A DNA stretch of 64,000 bases from Felis catus (lineage: Eukaryota). The stretch is taken from positions 193,938,001 to 194,002,000 of the forward strand of contig NC_058368.1 of the NCBI RefSeq assembly GCF_018350175.1, written 5' to 3'. Positions 1 through 12,890 of the stretch are shown here, in pieces; position 1 is the first letter of the stretch, and each line of letters begins with the position of its first letter. A program made the translations under genes and the position numbers. The notes under the pieces are model-generated. The model saw only the letters and a list, made by a program, of their open reading frames with translations, made no database searches and was not told the DNA's origin.

Positions 1-59
1 AGAGCCTTTAGACATGTCCTGTCCGTCTGACATTCTTTATGACATTCTTTGCTGTGCTA

Positions 60-345
60 CTCCCATTCATTCTTAAGGTCTAAGTGTAAGTGTCACTCCT
101 TTTGAAAGTCTTCCCCTGATTTCCCAATCCAAAATAGTTCCTCCTGTTATGTAGTCTCTAGACAGTCTCTTACCACATCCATAGTAAGCAGTTATTCTAT
201 ATTTATACTTATTTAATATTTCTGTTTCCTTGGACTCTAGCTCCATGAGGTAAAAGACATTATTTTTATGCTTACTGTGTTGGCAGTAATTACCACCATG
301 CCTGCTACAACAAAGGTGCTCCATAAATACTGGTTAGAAGAACGA
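60..345 (+). mobile_element. L2 LINE 3' relic
   Basis: Decayed L2 3'-end motifs: 'tgtcactccttttgaaagtcttcccctga ... ctagctccatgagg ... gtgctccataaatactggtt'. Confidence 0.6.
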
Positions 346-1259
346 ATCCGTGGGGTACATCATATTAGCCCCATTTTCTTAATGATGAATTTGAGACTCA
401 ACTAAATGACTCAGGATCACATAAAAAAGAGTAGGGCTCATTTAAAAACTCAGTATTGACCTAGCTATAACCTTCTATGGATTGCCAATTATAGCTGGGT
501 GTCTACATATTGCATCTCTCAGCCTTGCCACAACCCTACAAGGTAGCTTTTATTGTTCTTATTCAACTGAAGAATTTGAGGCCCATGGGGGCACGGTGAG
601 TGACCTGCCTACATTCATAAAGCTAGTGAGTGATGGAACCTGAAATACGTTTCACCTCCGAGCCTGTATTCTGTCATGTATGCCATTCTGCCAGGCACAT
701 TGCTCTGGTGTGAGCTTAGGGAGACATATGCGTAGTATGCACATGTGTGTGCTTGTATGTATTTAAATTCTAAAGTTTGGATTTTCAGTCTGGAAACTTG
801 CCAATCATCAGCTCAGCAAGTGTCCTATCTCCATAGACCTAATCAGGGGAGTAGAATCACACAGAAGAGTCTCTCTGCCAATATGTTGTAGTCCCAAATG
901 CTTTTGCTAGGCCATATGGCTTTTTAAGTGTCACTTGCAAATATTAGGCAAGGCTTGAGAACAATAATTAAAAGTCATAGATCACAGGTTAATTAATCCC
1001 TAGCTTCACATTAGCACCTGGCCACTGAAGCATTCCACTCCCACGAATGACCTGCAAATCACAGGCCAAATAAACAGACACCACACAGGCTTCCTCAGCT
1101 GGGTAGTAATCCTGACAACACGCAATATATGCAGAGCAATTGAGTGTATTGAAGGCACTTTTATATGCATAACATTTTTTTTTCTTACTTTTGAAAGAGT
1201 TGTGTGAATTGGCCAGGTAGGGATTAACATCTTGTATTTGATTTGTTTTCATTTGGCAA

Positions 1260-1740
1260 CACTTAATAACTCATTAATAAATGCCAGGGTCTTTGCTAAG
1301 CACTTTATCTTTCTTATGTCACGTCGTTCCCACAAAAGCTCTATAAACTAAAGAATATTATTGTTCTTGATTTATAGATAAAAAAGCTGAGGTTCGGAGG
1401 GGTTCAGTGCCTTGCATGGAGTCATCTGATTGACAGTGGTCAGAGTCAGAACAACTGCTACGTCACTCACACTGGCATCGTTGTTTTCTTCCTTTATTAG
1501 CAAGTGCTTTTTGTTAACAAGACCCCTCATAAGTGTTTTATAAAAGTGGCTGTAGTTCATTTAGTTTTCACGAGAATCCTGTGAAATATGTAATAGTTGC
1601 TCCCATTTCACAGGTGAAAGAACTGTAGTTCAGACAGGTCATGTGAGTTGTCCAAGGTCATGCAGCTGGTGAGTGGCAGAAGCAGGACTTGAACTCGCTG
1701 TGCCTTCAGAGCACAAACTCTTACGTGTCTGTTCCACTGC
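1260..1740 (-). mobile_element. Two tandem MIR SINE relics
   Basis: Two antisense MIR cores, e.g. 'cccatttcacaggtgaaagaactgtagttcagacaggtcatgtgagttgtccaaggtcatgcagctggtgagtggcagaagcaggacttgaactc'. Confidence 0.75.
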
Positions 1741-2595
1741 ATCCCTGGGCTAACTCTGACTTCTGACCCTGAGTCTGCTGTTAATGATAATACATCATGA
1801 TTTTGTTTCTAATAGGTGCAGGATTTGAGAATATTGTTTCCTTGCTAAAGTATCCTCATATGCACAAAGAAGCAGTTAATCCTGAATGGTAAGACTGGTG
1901 CCTTCCCCCATGTGACAGACTCAGTGGAAGAGGCATACACTGAGGAACTTTTTAGAGTGCATAACATTGTGTCTGACCATGGAGCTTCCAGTGATTGCTG
2001 GTTGAGGATGATCACTAACAAATATCCAGGAACCTTCCCATGTGAACAAAGTTGTGGATGCATGCAAGTAGGTGATCTCGCAGAAGTAGTACCATATGGT
2101 AATTAATTAGGGTCAGGTGTCAGAGTGACTGGAGCTGTGAGGTTTGGCTGAGACTCTGCTAATGGCAAGGAAAGAAGGTATCCTTCATCCTTTAAGTTGG
2201 GTATGGGCTGGCAGGTGGGCACTCTGGATTTGATCATGCCTGTGGCATCTTGGTTGGGAAAAACATCAAATGGGAAGTTATGAGATACCTAATTCTAGTC
2301 TTAGCTCTTCTTTTACCTACTCTAGGTTTTTCAAAGGGAAAAAGACCTTCTTAACAATTTTATATAAAAATAAAATCCCTCTGAAACATCATATTTATTC
2401 ATTCACATTAAACCAGTATTGAGTACGTACCAAGTAGGTGCCTTCAACTATACTCTAGGTCTTGGAGATAGACCAACGTGAATATCTATGGACCCCTGCA
2501 CTATAATTAGGCTTTCCAGTAGGACCAACCCCACCAAATCTATTTGAATGCCCTCACAGTATTGATTAGTTAAATGTGCTTTATAACCTCAAAAG

Positions 2596-2735
2596 CAGGT
2601 CTCGAGAAGCTTCTTCTGTAGAGAGCCAGATGGTAAATATTTCGGGTGTTGTGGGCTAGATGATCAGTCTCTGTTTTAACTATTCACCTCTGCCTTTGTA
2701 GTGCAAAGGCAGTCATAAAACAACATGTAGGGGAC
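2596..2735 (+). mobile_element. MER58-like hAT (Charlie) DNA transposon fragment
   Basis: 'ttctgtagagagccagatggtaaatatttcggg...aactattcacctctgcctttgtagtgcaaaggcagtcata' resembles MER58A. Confidence 0.7.
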
Positions 2736-2989
2736 TGGGAGTGATTGTAAGTTCCTGTGAGCCCTTGTTTGAAATTCTGTGTAAATGTGCAGTACTGGTG
2801 TTTTTATTTGGTGGTCTTTGCTAAATACTACTCACTCAACATCCACCTGGAATGCTCCCCTGCTCAGAACTCCCCGTTGTCTCCATCCACTCTGGCATAT
2901 CGCTTTCCCAACCTCCTCCCTCTCGTATAACCTGTACCATGAAATTGAGAACCAAGTTATACTATTAATAGTAGCATTCAGCATTTATT

Positions 2990-3560
2990 GTCTTAACTCT
3001 GCTTGGAATGATTTTTTTTCCAGACCTTTGCATGGTAGGCTTCTGCAAATTATTCATGCCTCCATTCAGATATCCCCTTCCCCAAATAGGCCATCAAGTT
3101 GATAATAGTGCAGCTCTTTGAATTTTCTTCATAAATCTTATCAATGGGAAAATATTGAGCATAGCTGCCTACTTTATTGTTGTACCAGGCACATGGTAGG
3201 ACCTCAGGTGATATTGTTAACTATTTTCAAATCATTTGACCCTTCTCGAATGTAAGTTGTGTGAGAGCTGGGACTGTGTCTGTCTTGTTCCCAGAACGGA
3301 CACCTTGCACAGTGTGCACCTTGAACATTTGCTGGGGGAACGGATACGTTGGGTGTCTACTCTGTGCCCGCCACTACACTGGGCATTTTATATATATTTT
3401 CTCATTGAGTCCTTATAACAAGTCTCTGGAATAAATCCTGCCGTTGGCAGATGGGGAAACTGAAGATCAGGTAGGGAAAGTACTGCCCAAAGTCATACTG
3501 CTGAGCCAGATTCAAACTCTGACCTATCTAGTTCCCAAGCCTAGATTATTCTCCCTTGTA
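2990..3560. mobile_element. L2 3' relic (+) followed by MIR (-)
   Basis: 'gaatgtaagttgtgtgagagctgggactgtgtctgtcttgttc' (L2 end), then 'gcagatggggaaactgaag...gcccaaagtcatactgct' (MIR core). Confidence 0.6.
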
Positions 3561-5214
3561 TTCTTTTTCCTGGGATTTGTATGGTCCTTTCTTGATCAAA
3601 AACACCTGCTTTCTCATTGGCTTCTGAATATGTTTTATTTACCCTAATGGAGGATAAGATTCCTGAAGGAATGCCATGTCTTAATTCTTTTTACTGGTCA
3701 CACGCTGCATAGCATTGTGTTTGACACATAGTGGAAAATTAATATCATTATTTTGCACATTACTTGACTGGCGTTGAAGGATTTCTTTCCTAGGTGTTTT
3801 AGTGCCATAAGGGATTTCTATCTTTCTTCAAATGGAGTTGCTTATAGCTCTATTATAATACCATTATCCCCATCCTCAGGGACTGAATGCACTTTGAATA
3901 CCCTAAATTCAAAGACCTGACATCTCTAAATAGCAGAATAATTACAGGTGGTACCTTAGGGGCTTGAAGGCAGTGAGGCCTCCCATTTAATTAACCTGGG
4001 GCTATAACCAGCTGGAGACAGGCTGGTAAAGAGAGGTGAAACAGCTTGTACTCTGCCTTACTGGGGTGAAGGCAGATGTATTTTTGTGCCTATGCTGCTT
4101 CTGAAAGAGAAAAGGACATTTGGTGCCTATCCCCGAAGGTCACTGGATCTGTTCCCACTGTCCAAGGAGCTCTTCGAATGAAGGCTCTCAGCTGCCAGGG
4201 GCCACTTTGCACATATCTTCACAGTGTTCTGGTGAGTTTATGGTAAGGAAGAGGACAGCACTAATATAAATGCAAGACATTGGAAGTTTTGTTTTGTTTT
4301 TTTTTTTTCCTTTTTCTGTCACTAAGCATCCATTTCAGACATGTGGGGTGATAATTCACCTTTTTTGTTATTATGTGCTTGGCATAAGGTTAAAAATATA
4401 ATTCAGATGTGAACTAGACCTCCAACAGACCTTACAAAGTTCTGTTCCATCTTTCTCTAAGATCCTATGAAACTGGCAAGAAAAAAAAAGTTTACTCAAC
4501 GTTTTAAGCGTGTCTCTACAAACAAGGGATGTTTATATTTGATAGCAAATCATTCACTGCTCTTAGCCTCAGGAACAATTTTCATCTGCTTTTATTAGCA
4601 TTTTTTCTTACCTACTTGGGTAAGGCTTACCATTTGCTTCTATGTTAAAATACCTGTTATTATTATCATCATTGCTATTACTGTAACAAAAGCAACTGAC
4701 ATTTTTGAGCAGATTCTGTGGACCAGATGCTGTTCTCTGTGATGAGAACTCATGCTCTAATTCTCCTATGACAACATGAAGACTCCATTATCAATTCTGT
4801 TTTGCAGATGAAGAAACCAAGGCACAGACACATGATTCCTGGCTGCTTGTCAAATAAGGGGGATGAAGCACGGGCATACACGATAAAAATACAAAGCAGA
4901 GAGAGATAAGAGTTCTATCTTAGGTAAAATTAAATACCTATGTTGTAGATGCAAGACTCACAACAAATAGATCACACGCTCTCCTCCCATGGACACGATA
5001 GACATTACTCATTAATCATGACGCTCTTTCCTACTGGTCCCAAATATGGCCTAAAAATTTCTTTTCACAAAGCTTTCCGGATAACCAGGCCAATTGATCA
5101 GTTTTTATCTAATATGTCTGCTTGTCATTTATGACCAATGAGCTTAAGAAGTGGGAGACAGACTTTCCCCTTGGGGACATGGAAAAAAAAATCTCAGTTG
5201 TCATTTGAAATTCA

Positions 5215-5780
5215 TTCATTCAACCAATATTGAGACTGTATTCCACGTTGTATTAGAAATGTGCCCATGCCTAAAGCAAGGGCCTGCTCTTCAGAGAGGA
5301 GTAGATAATAATTTTTAAAACGTACATGAAAATACACTGTTACATTAGATCTTATGTGCTACTAAAAAAAAAAATGCCCTGTAAAGAAGCAGAGTGAGAG
5401 GTGGTTGGAACCATTACTATAGATAGAGTAGTTAGGGAGGTCCTATTTGATGAGACCTGGTGGAAGTGAGGAGGGGGATATAAATACCTAGCATTTCAGA
5501 AAGAGGACTCTCTGGCCATTATAGAGGAACAAGAGCAGACAGAGTGATCTTTTTAAAGCAGTCAAATTGTTTTCCCTTGCTTGAACTTGCTTCTTTCTTT
5601 CATTGCTCTAGAATATATCCAGGGCCCTCACCTCTGTTACTGGCCCTGCAGATCTGGCCCCTGTCTACCTCTCTGAGCACCTCTACTAACCCCCTTCACT
5701 CCGTTGTAGCTTTCCTGTCTTCTTGCTTTTTCGAGCACTTTTGCCTTGAGGGCTTTGTACCTTTTGGATGCTGTTAGGTT
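5215..5780. mobile_element. L2 relics (antisense then sense)
   Basis: 'ttcattcattcaaccaatattg...' (L2 antisense end) and 'ggccctgcagatctggcccctgtctacctctc...cttgagggctttgtac' (L2 sense). Confidence 0.55.
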
Positions 5781-6276
5781 TCTCTTATTTTTGAGTTATT
5801 TCAGGTAGAGACACAGGTATCATTCATCTTTTGACTCCAGGCCTTCCATGAGTCTTTTGTAAAGAGATACACATGCCAAGTTCACTCCCAGGTGTTCTGA
5901 GCTAAGCAGCATCAAAGTCCCAAGTCTTAGTTAAGTGTGATACTTCTTTATTGGCTCTGCCCCCTAAAAATCTGCTAGACAGAATTAGTAGAGTAAGTAA
6001 GTGGATTAGCATTATATACTTGGTTAATGCCATGAGTCCAGATCTGATGACTCTTGAAGGCAAATTTAATTGAAGAGCTTAACCTGAGGGTCATAGTACC
6101 CTCAAGCACTTGTAAAGATAGGATCAGTAGCTTATAGTTTACAGATTTCTTGTAAAGTTGTAGTTCCAGTAGTAAAAATTGACTTGTAGTAAACTATAAT
6201 ATTGACCTATCTATTTACCTCTATAACCATGAACATTCTTTAGTAAGTTTAATAAGCCAAGATTTGGAGGGACATC

Positions 6277-6810
6277 TCTGGTAACCAGCCTCCAAGATGG
6301 TCCTACCAAATAATCACTTCCTGCCATATGTGTCCTTGCATATTCCTGTCACACACTGGTTCAAGGCTGTGACCAAAAGAACACTATGGGGATTGTGTGA
6401 CAGTGGGTGATTTCCAAGTCTAGTGACCTAAGGCATGGAGCTTCTACTTTGACCACTTAGATCACTTGATCTGGAGGAAGTCAGCCACTTTGTCATGAGG
6501 ATGTTCAAGTAGCCCTGAGGAGAGGTCCACATGGAAAGGAACTGAGTTTTTCCAAACAGCCAGCAGCAATCTGACAGCCATGTGAGAGAGCTTCCTTGGA
6601 AACAAATCCAGCAGACCAATGAAGCCTTCAGATAACTGCATCTTGGCTAACATTTGACTGTAGCCCATGAGACACCCAAGCCACAGTTGCTAACCAAGGA
6701 ACTCCTGAATTCTTGACCCCCAGAAACTCCAAGAGCAGATAGGTGATTCTTAGTATCATAAGTAGTAAGTTTGGGGGTGATTTGTCACATAGCAGTAGAT
6801 AACTAATATA
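6277..6810 (+). mobile_element. MLT1 (MaLR) solo LTR, MLT1F/G-like
   Basis: Starts 'tggtaaccagcctccaagatggtcc', contains 'gccctgaggagaggtccacatggaaaggaactgag', ends 'agtttgggggtgatttgtcacatagcagtagataactaata'. Confidence 0.85.
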
Positions 6811-7008
6811 ACATTGCTGATGCTTTAGGGCTAAAACCACTCTGTTCTTCAAGTGAAGTCCAAACTCTGCCATGATCCATGAAGTCCTATTGATTTGGCT
6901 TCTGACTGTTTCTCCAAATCTATCTCTTGAGAAACATTGGTATAGGAAATATGTATCAAGTGTCTATGATAACCTAGTCCTAGGGTGATCAAAGTAGGCT
7001 TCCTCAAT

Positions 7009-7112
7009 AGGATGACCAACTGTCCTTGCCATTCTGTGACTTAGAGGGTTTCTGGAATATAGGACTTTCAGTGATAAAAATGGGCACGTCCCAGGAAACC
7101 CAGAATAAGTTT
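7009..7112. mobile_element. MER94-like DNA transposon fragment
   Basis: 'aggatgaccaactgtcc...ggactttcagtgataaaaatgggcacgtcccaggaaacc'. Confidence 0.5.
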
Positions 7113-7282
7113 AAAGGACCCAGAGTCCTGAAGGATGAACAAAGACATAAGGCAAGATTTGGTATGTTAGGAAAAGTCTGAAAAGGGAGCAGAGTAGAAG
7201 GACTATGCGAAGGGAAAATTTTCTCTTAGGTTCAATAATGCTTTCCTAGTAATTATAGGAAGTGCTGAAAACTACTTTTCTA

Positions 7283-7415
7283 GGGGTGCCTAGGTGGCTC
7301 TTGGTTTCGGTTCAGGTCATGATCTCACAGTCCATGAGTTTGAGCCCTTCATTGGGCTCTGTGCTGTCAGCACAGCTTGGAATTCTCTCTATCCATCTCT
7401 CTCTGCCCCTCCCCT

Positions 7416-7469
<54 letters not shown>

Positions 7470-7500
7470 AAAGTAAATAAACTTAAAAAAAATAATAAAA
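7283..7500 (+). mobile_element. CAN-SINE (SINEC_Fc-like) with expanded (CT)n
   Basis: 'ggggtgcctaggtggctc...tcaggtcatgatctcacag', (CT)n at ~7418-7460, A-rich tail. Confidence 0.95.
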
Positions 7501-8380
7501 AACTGCCTCTCCAGTCCAACCTCAAACTCTCATCCTTGCTCATTACATTGATGCTATTCCAATATTCCTTCTTTGCTTTAACACACCAGGTTCCTTTTTA
7601 AGTCAGGTTCTTTGCCCTTGCTGTTTCTTTTGTCTGCCACATCCTTAACCCAGATTTTCATTTAGCTCTCTTATCTCCAATGTCTCTTTTCTGACTCCAT
7701 TGTCAAAACCAACCCCATAGGCTCTGCCTCAGGTAGTTAGTCTCTATCATATTGTTCCATTTTACTATCCTTACATATTACCACCAGAAATTATTTGTGT
7801 GTTTATTTTTCTTGCTTTGTGAGAACATGGGCCTTTTCTGTTTGTTCATCACTATGCCTATCTGCAGATGACAGTGGTATCAAATGCACTGTTAATCTTT
7901 GTTGAATAAGTAATGAATGAAAACATTTAGGGTGGCAAACTGGATACATGGTGTTCATATTACTATTCTCATATTTAAGATCCTTCAGTGTCTTCCCACT
8001 ATCATCAGGATAAAATGCCAACTCCTTAGCATAGTCTAAGAGACCTTTGTCATCCAAACCCTGAGTGTCTTTTAGCGTCAACTTTTGCCACTGTCTTTGT
8101 ATGCTTCAGGCATACTGGCATTGGTGGGTATTTTGGGCTTTCTCAGATAGTGTTACTACTTTATATCAGCTAACTCAAACTCGTCCTTTGGGTTTAAAAA
8201 AAAACCCCACTTTCTAGAGAATCCTTTCCCTATAACACCACCTAGTCCCACTAAACAGCAGTCGCTACATGTCTGAAGAACACCTGTTACTCCTGTCATA
8301 ATACACATAGCGCTGTCAGTTACCTAATGGGTTATTTTCCATGCTCGACTGAAAGAAAGTTTCATGAAAGCTAGAACCCT
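7500..8380 (+). mobile_element. L2 relics
   Basis: L2 3' end 'aatctttgttgaataagtaatgaatgaa' at ~7895-7921 and a second L2 segment 'cttcccactatcatcaggataaaatgccaactccttagcat'. Confidence 0.6.
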
Positions 8381-9124
8381 TGATCCTTGACAAAAATGAG
8401 GCATCCCTGTAAACCTCGGTTTTAAAATGCAAAAGCTTGGAGAAAGTGTAAAGGATGAAAACAAATATGTAGGAAATGTTTCTGAATAGACACATAGTTC
8501 TCTAATTGTATTAGTATGGTGCCTAAGTGTTAGGTTCTGGCCCCCAGCTGGGTAAGTAAGCTTTCTCTAGCTGCAGAAATCCTTCTCAGTAGAATCTCCA
8601 ATCTCATAGCATTGGAGCCCCACCCTCAACTCTACTGTGAATTGTTACCTCTTTCTCTTCATTGCCTTGGGGAAATAGGCAATGTTTACCTATTGCCAAT
8701 GCAAAGCTGAGCAGATGGTAAATGTCCTGTGTTCTGCCAACAAGAGTTAGGAGGAATAACTAGAATTCATTTGCTTGAGACAAACTCTAGCCAGGGATTT
8801 AACTGAGAGTTGGCAAAAGTAAGCTGTTAGCTTATGATTGATTTCTCAGTTCCAAGTAAAAAATGTTGTCTATTTAGTGGCCCTAATGAGGAGATAGTTA
8901 ATTAGAATTCTTGTAGCATCTCCCCATCCCCCAATACCCACCTTTTCTCTCCATGATCCATCATTTGTTTCTCCTTCCATCTCTCTGCCTTGCCTTCTCT
9001 GCTATGGATATTTCAAATGATCTTACAAAGGCTTCTTTAGCCGGGCATAGTAAAGACATAGAGTTACAGAAGAAACTGTAAGGGTAATTTTGCTCCATGA
9101 TTCCTAAAGGCCAGCTGGCTCATG

Positions 9125-9292
9125 ACTTAGTATCAGGTTGGCTTTTTGAGAACCACTTAGGGAACTATCACAAATAGAGATATCTAGGTCTCATCCTTAC
9201 AGATTCTGACTTAGCAGTTTTGGAGCTAGATTGTCATGTGTTTTTAAAGCTTCTTCAGGTGATTCCAGACCAGCTAGACTTTGGGACCATTG
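9125..9292. mobile_element. MER5A-like DNA transposon
   Basis: 'acagattctgacttagcagttttggag...ttttaaagcttcttcaggtgattcc...tttgggaccattg'. Confidence 0.7.
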
Positions 9293-10622
9293 GATTAGAA
9301 TCTATTCTATAATCCAGTCTTGAATCTAGCCCCCAAATATCTTGATAGTGCTCAAATAGCCCCTGTTTAAACACCAAAATATTTCAGAGTGCTCTTGCAA
9401 ACTGCCTGAGCTAATTTAGTCATAGATGATTATTGGGCACTTTTTGTTAATATCAGTGGCCTCCATGATTCAGGGGCAAGGGTTTGAAAGTTTCTTCCTC
9501 CATGACATTGCAACTGAGCTATTATGCTGTAGAAAAACATTTCACAGACTGATATCTGGTACAAATAGAAGCAAGTAGCCAAGTCCTGATCCCATGAGAA
9601 GTTCACTAGAGATACAGCTACCTGAATCATGGGAATCTCTAATCTTCCTATTGAAAAGTGACATAAATCTTCCACATCAATATTTTAAATGCTAATCCCA
9701 GGCACCATTCTGAAGGGTGTCTCTAGGCCTGCCAGATTCCTGTATCTTTTCATACAAGGGTATTTTTAGTATCTTACACTAATAACCCAAGCCTTTGATC
9801 TTGATTAGCGATAAAAGTAGCTAAGCCCTATGTGAGCTTATAGCCCTGGAGGGAGTATTCTCAATTAAGGTACTGAAAACATTTACTAGCTATTCTCAGG
9901 TTATATACAAAAACTAGTTCACACATGCATATATAAATCCCTGGTCTATTCTGAAATGTTTTAAAGTCAATTATAGACAACATGAGAAATGAAAAAGTGG
10001 TGAGAGAATATATGAAGTCTCTGGTGATGAAAATGTTGGAGAACATAATAATAAGAACACACCAAACATTTACACTTAAAACATGAAAAGTGAGAAAATC
10101 AGAGCAATTGCTTCTACATAACATTGCCAAAACTTGCTGTTCTCCTAGAGTTAGATAAAGCTAGCTTTGTGGTATGTCCTTTTAAGCAGTAGGCTCAAGA
10201 ATGTCTTTGCCTCCCTAGCCCTAATTTTTGGTCACCTGGAAGTAGAAAATATTGGACTAAATCATTTCAGGTTGTTCATTTAGGTTTAATATTTTCTAAA
10301 TCAGGGGTATTCTTTCATTCTTTATAAACACATGTATGGACATATACAAATCAATTCATTAACATTGGATTTGGATAAATTTCCAAATAAGTTGATAGAA
10401 TAAGTTGGCCTAAAGTGACAGAATAGCTAATCTGGATGTATGAAATATAATTTGTTGAATAAAATGAATTTGATCAAATTCGAAACAATTAAGAATGGGA
10501 GTTAATTGCATACAGTTAAGATAATCAAAACCAAGTAAGCTACATTAAAATACTATTTTTATTTTTTTGTAAGTATTTAAATTCTGTTTCCTAACTCAAA
10601 AGATCAGGTATATGTATGTTTT

Positions 10623-11359
10623 TGTGGTGGTTGTCTTTTCAACAGTGGGATTCAGAGTTTCCTAGTCCCAGACTAAGCTGTTGCCCATCTTGGGGTCCTG
10701 ATCCACACTTATTGTTAGTAGTTTTATTCAAGTGGCACTTTGGGTGCCAATGGCAAGTAGATCTCAGGTTACCCACAAGTTCTGTCTGAACTGGCTACAG
10801 ATCAGAGGTTCTCATGATACCACCGCCTTGTATTTGATTATTTGCTAAAATAGCTCACAGAACTCCGAGAAGCATTCACATTTATCAGTTTTATCATAAA
10901 AGTATATGACAAAGGACACAGATGAACAGCCAGACGAAGAGATACAGATGAACAGCCAGACGAAGAGTGAAGTCTGAAGGTCCCCAGCGTAAGAGCTTTT
11001 GTCTCCTTAGATATGTGGCTATATTCATCCACCTAGAAGCTCTCTCAATGCCATACTATTGGGATTTTTATGGAAAATTCCTTACATAGGTATGATCAAT
11101 TATTAACTCAATTTTGAACCCCTTTTCCCTCTCTGGATGATGTGGGGGGCGGGAGAGTGCTGAAAGTTGCAAGCTTCTCATCATGGCTTGGTTTTTCTGG
11201 TGACCAACCTCTGTCTTGCAGCTATTCAGGAGCCCACCAAGGGTCACCTCATTAGAAAAAAAGATGCCTCCATCCCTGAGGAAATTCCAAGGGACTGAGG
11301 AACTCTCTGTCAGGAACTGGGGGTAGAGACCAATATGTGTATCTTTGTTTGATTTCACA
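10623..11359 (-). mobile_element. MER21-like ERV solo LTR
   Basis: Minus strand starts 'tgtgaaatc...atattggtctctacccccagttcctgacagagagttcctcagtcccttggaatttcc'; internal 'gatgaacagccagacgaagag' and 'gctattcaggagcccaccaagggtcacctcattagaa' typical of MER21. Confidence 0.8.
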
Positions 11360-11689
11360 GAGAGTTAGACTAATCATATATTTGATAACTGTGTCATTAA
11401 CTGTCACCAGTTACAAGCTGGTAGACAAGTAGTGGAAACACTACTTAACCACCCCGGTCTCTGTTTTCTTTCTCTGACAAATGGGAATAATAATAATGCC
11501 TATTAATTTGTGATAGTTAAATTAACACCATAAAATACTTATCAAACTACGTGGCATATAGTAAGTTATCAATTCAAGCATAAATTGGTGTGGTATCTCA
11601 CTGTTTTCTTATTCTGTCCATGGTTGTACAATACTTATATGGATATAGGCCAAGAGAACCAAGCCTGATATTCTACTTAGTTTTCTCCT

Positions 11690-11840
11690 TAACAGCTTTA
11701 TTGAGAAACAATTCACGTATCCTACAGTTTACTATTTAAAGTATAAAATTCACAGGTATGTGCAACCATTGTTACTACCAATTTTAGAACATCTTTATTC
11801 CAAAAAGAAACCATACACCTATAATCCTGCTCATTTTTGG
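11690..11840 (-). mobile_element. L1MB-like 3' end fragment
   Basis: 'ttaacagctttattgagaaacaattcacgtatc...tgtgcaaccattgttactaccaattttagaacat'. Confidence 0.75.
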
Positions 11841-12672
11841 TGATGCTCATAGATCTGAGACTTACTGTGGTATCTTCGGTTAAGTATTTCAGAAGTTGTG
11901 TGGCGAGTCATTTTCCTGTGAAAGGCCACTTTCTTGATACATGTGATAAATTGGTTTGTTATATGGGTTGATTCTCATGCACCTACAGACATGTGGACAT
12001 GTCAGAAGTAGCCCCTAGCTTTTGATTGTTTATTTACAGCCAGAGAAGTGGTCACCTATTCTGCTGGTTTGAGAGGTCCTAGGTTAAATACTTAATGGAA
12101 ATGTCTCTTTAACACCTATCTGCCTCACAAAAATATTTTCCAATTGGATTGGCTTAGTCTATTTGGGCTGCTAAACAAAATACCATAGATTGGGTGGCTT
12201 AAACAACTAACATGTATTTCTTACAGTCTTGGAATCTGGGAATTCCAAGGTCAAGGTACTAGCACAGTCAGTGTGTGGTAAGAGCCTGCTCCCTACTTCA
12301 AAGATGGCTGTCTTTCTGCTGTGTTCTCACATGGCAGAATGGCAAAGGAGATCTGAGGGGTTTCTTTAATAAGGACACGCGTCTCATTCATAACAGCTCC
12401 ACACTCGTGACCTAATAACCTTCCTAAGGTCCTACCTTCAAATACCATCATATTTGGGAATAGGTTTCAGCATACAAATTTGGGGGAACATAAACATTCA
12501 GTCCATAGAACCCTATCCCTGAGCCCCTCCCCCCAAATTCATGCCTTTCTCTAATGAAAAATCTATTCATTTCATCTCAAAAGCCCCAAAGTCTTAACTT
12601 TTTCCAGTGTCAGCTTTAAAATTTAGGTCCAAAGTCTCATGTGGATATCATCTCAATCAAATGTGGAGACTC

Positions 12673-12890
12673 AGGGCTCCTGGGATGGCTCAGTTGGTTG
12701 AGCATCAGACTCTTGGTTTCAGCTCAGGTCATGATCTCATGGTTTGAATTGGAGCCCCATGTCAGTCTCTGTGCTGACAGTGCAGGCCCTGCTTGTCATT
12801 CTCGCTCTCTTCCTTTCTTTCTCTCTACCCCTGATCTGCTCTCTCTTTTTCTCTGTCTCTCAAAATAAATATAAATAAACTTAAAAAAAG
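12673..12890 (+). mobile_element. CAN-SINE inserted in MaLR internal region
   Basis: 'gggctcctgggatggctcagttggttgagcatcagactcttggtttcagctcaggtcatgatctc' with CT-rich region and A tail. Confidence 0.95.
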
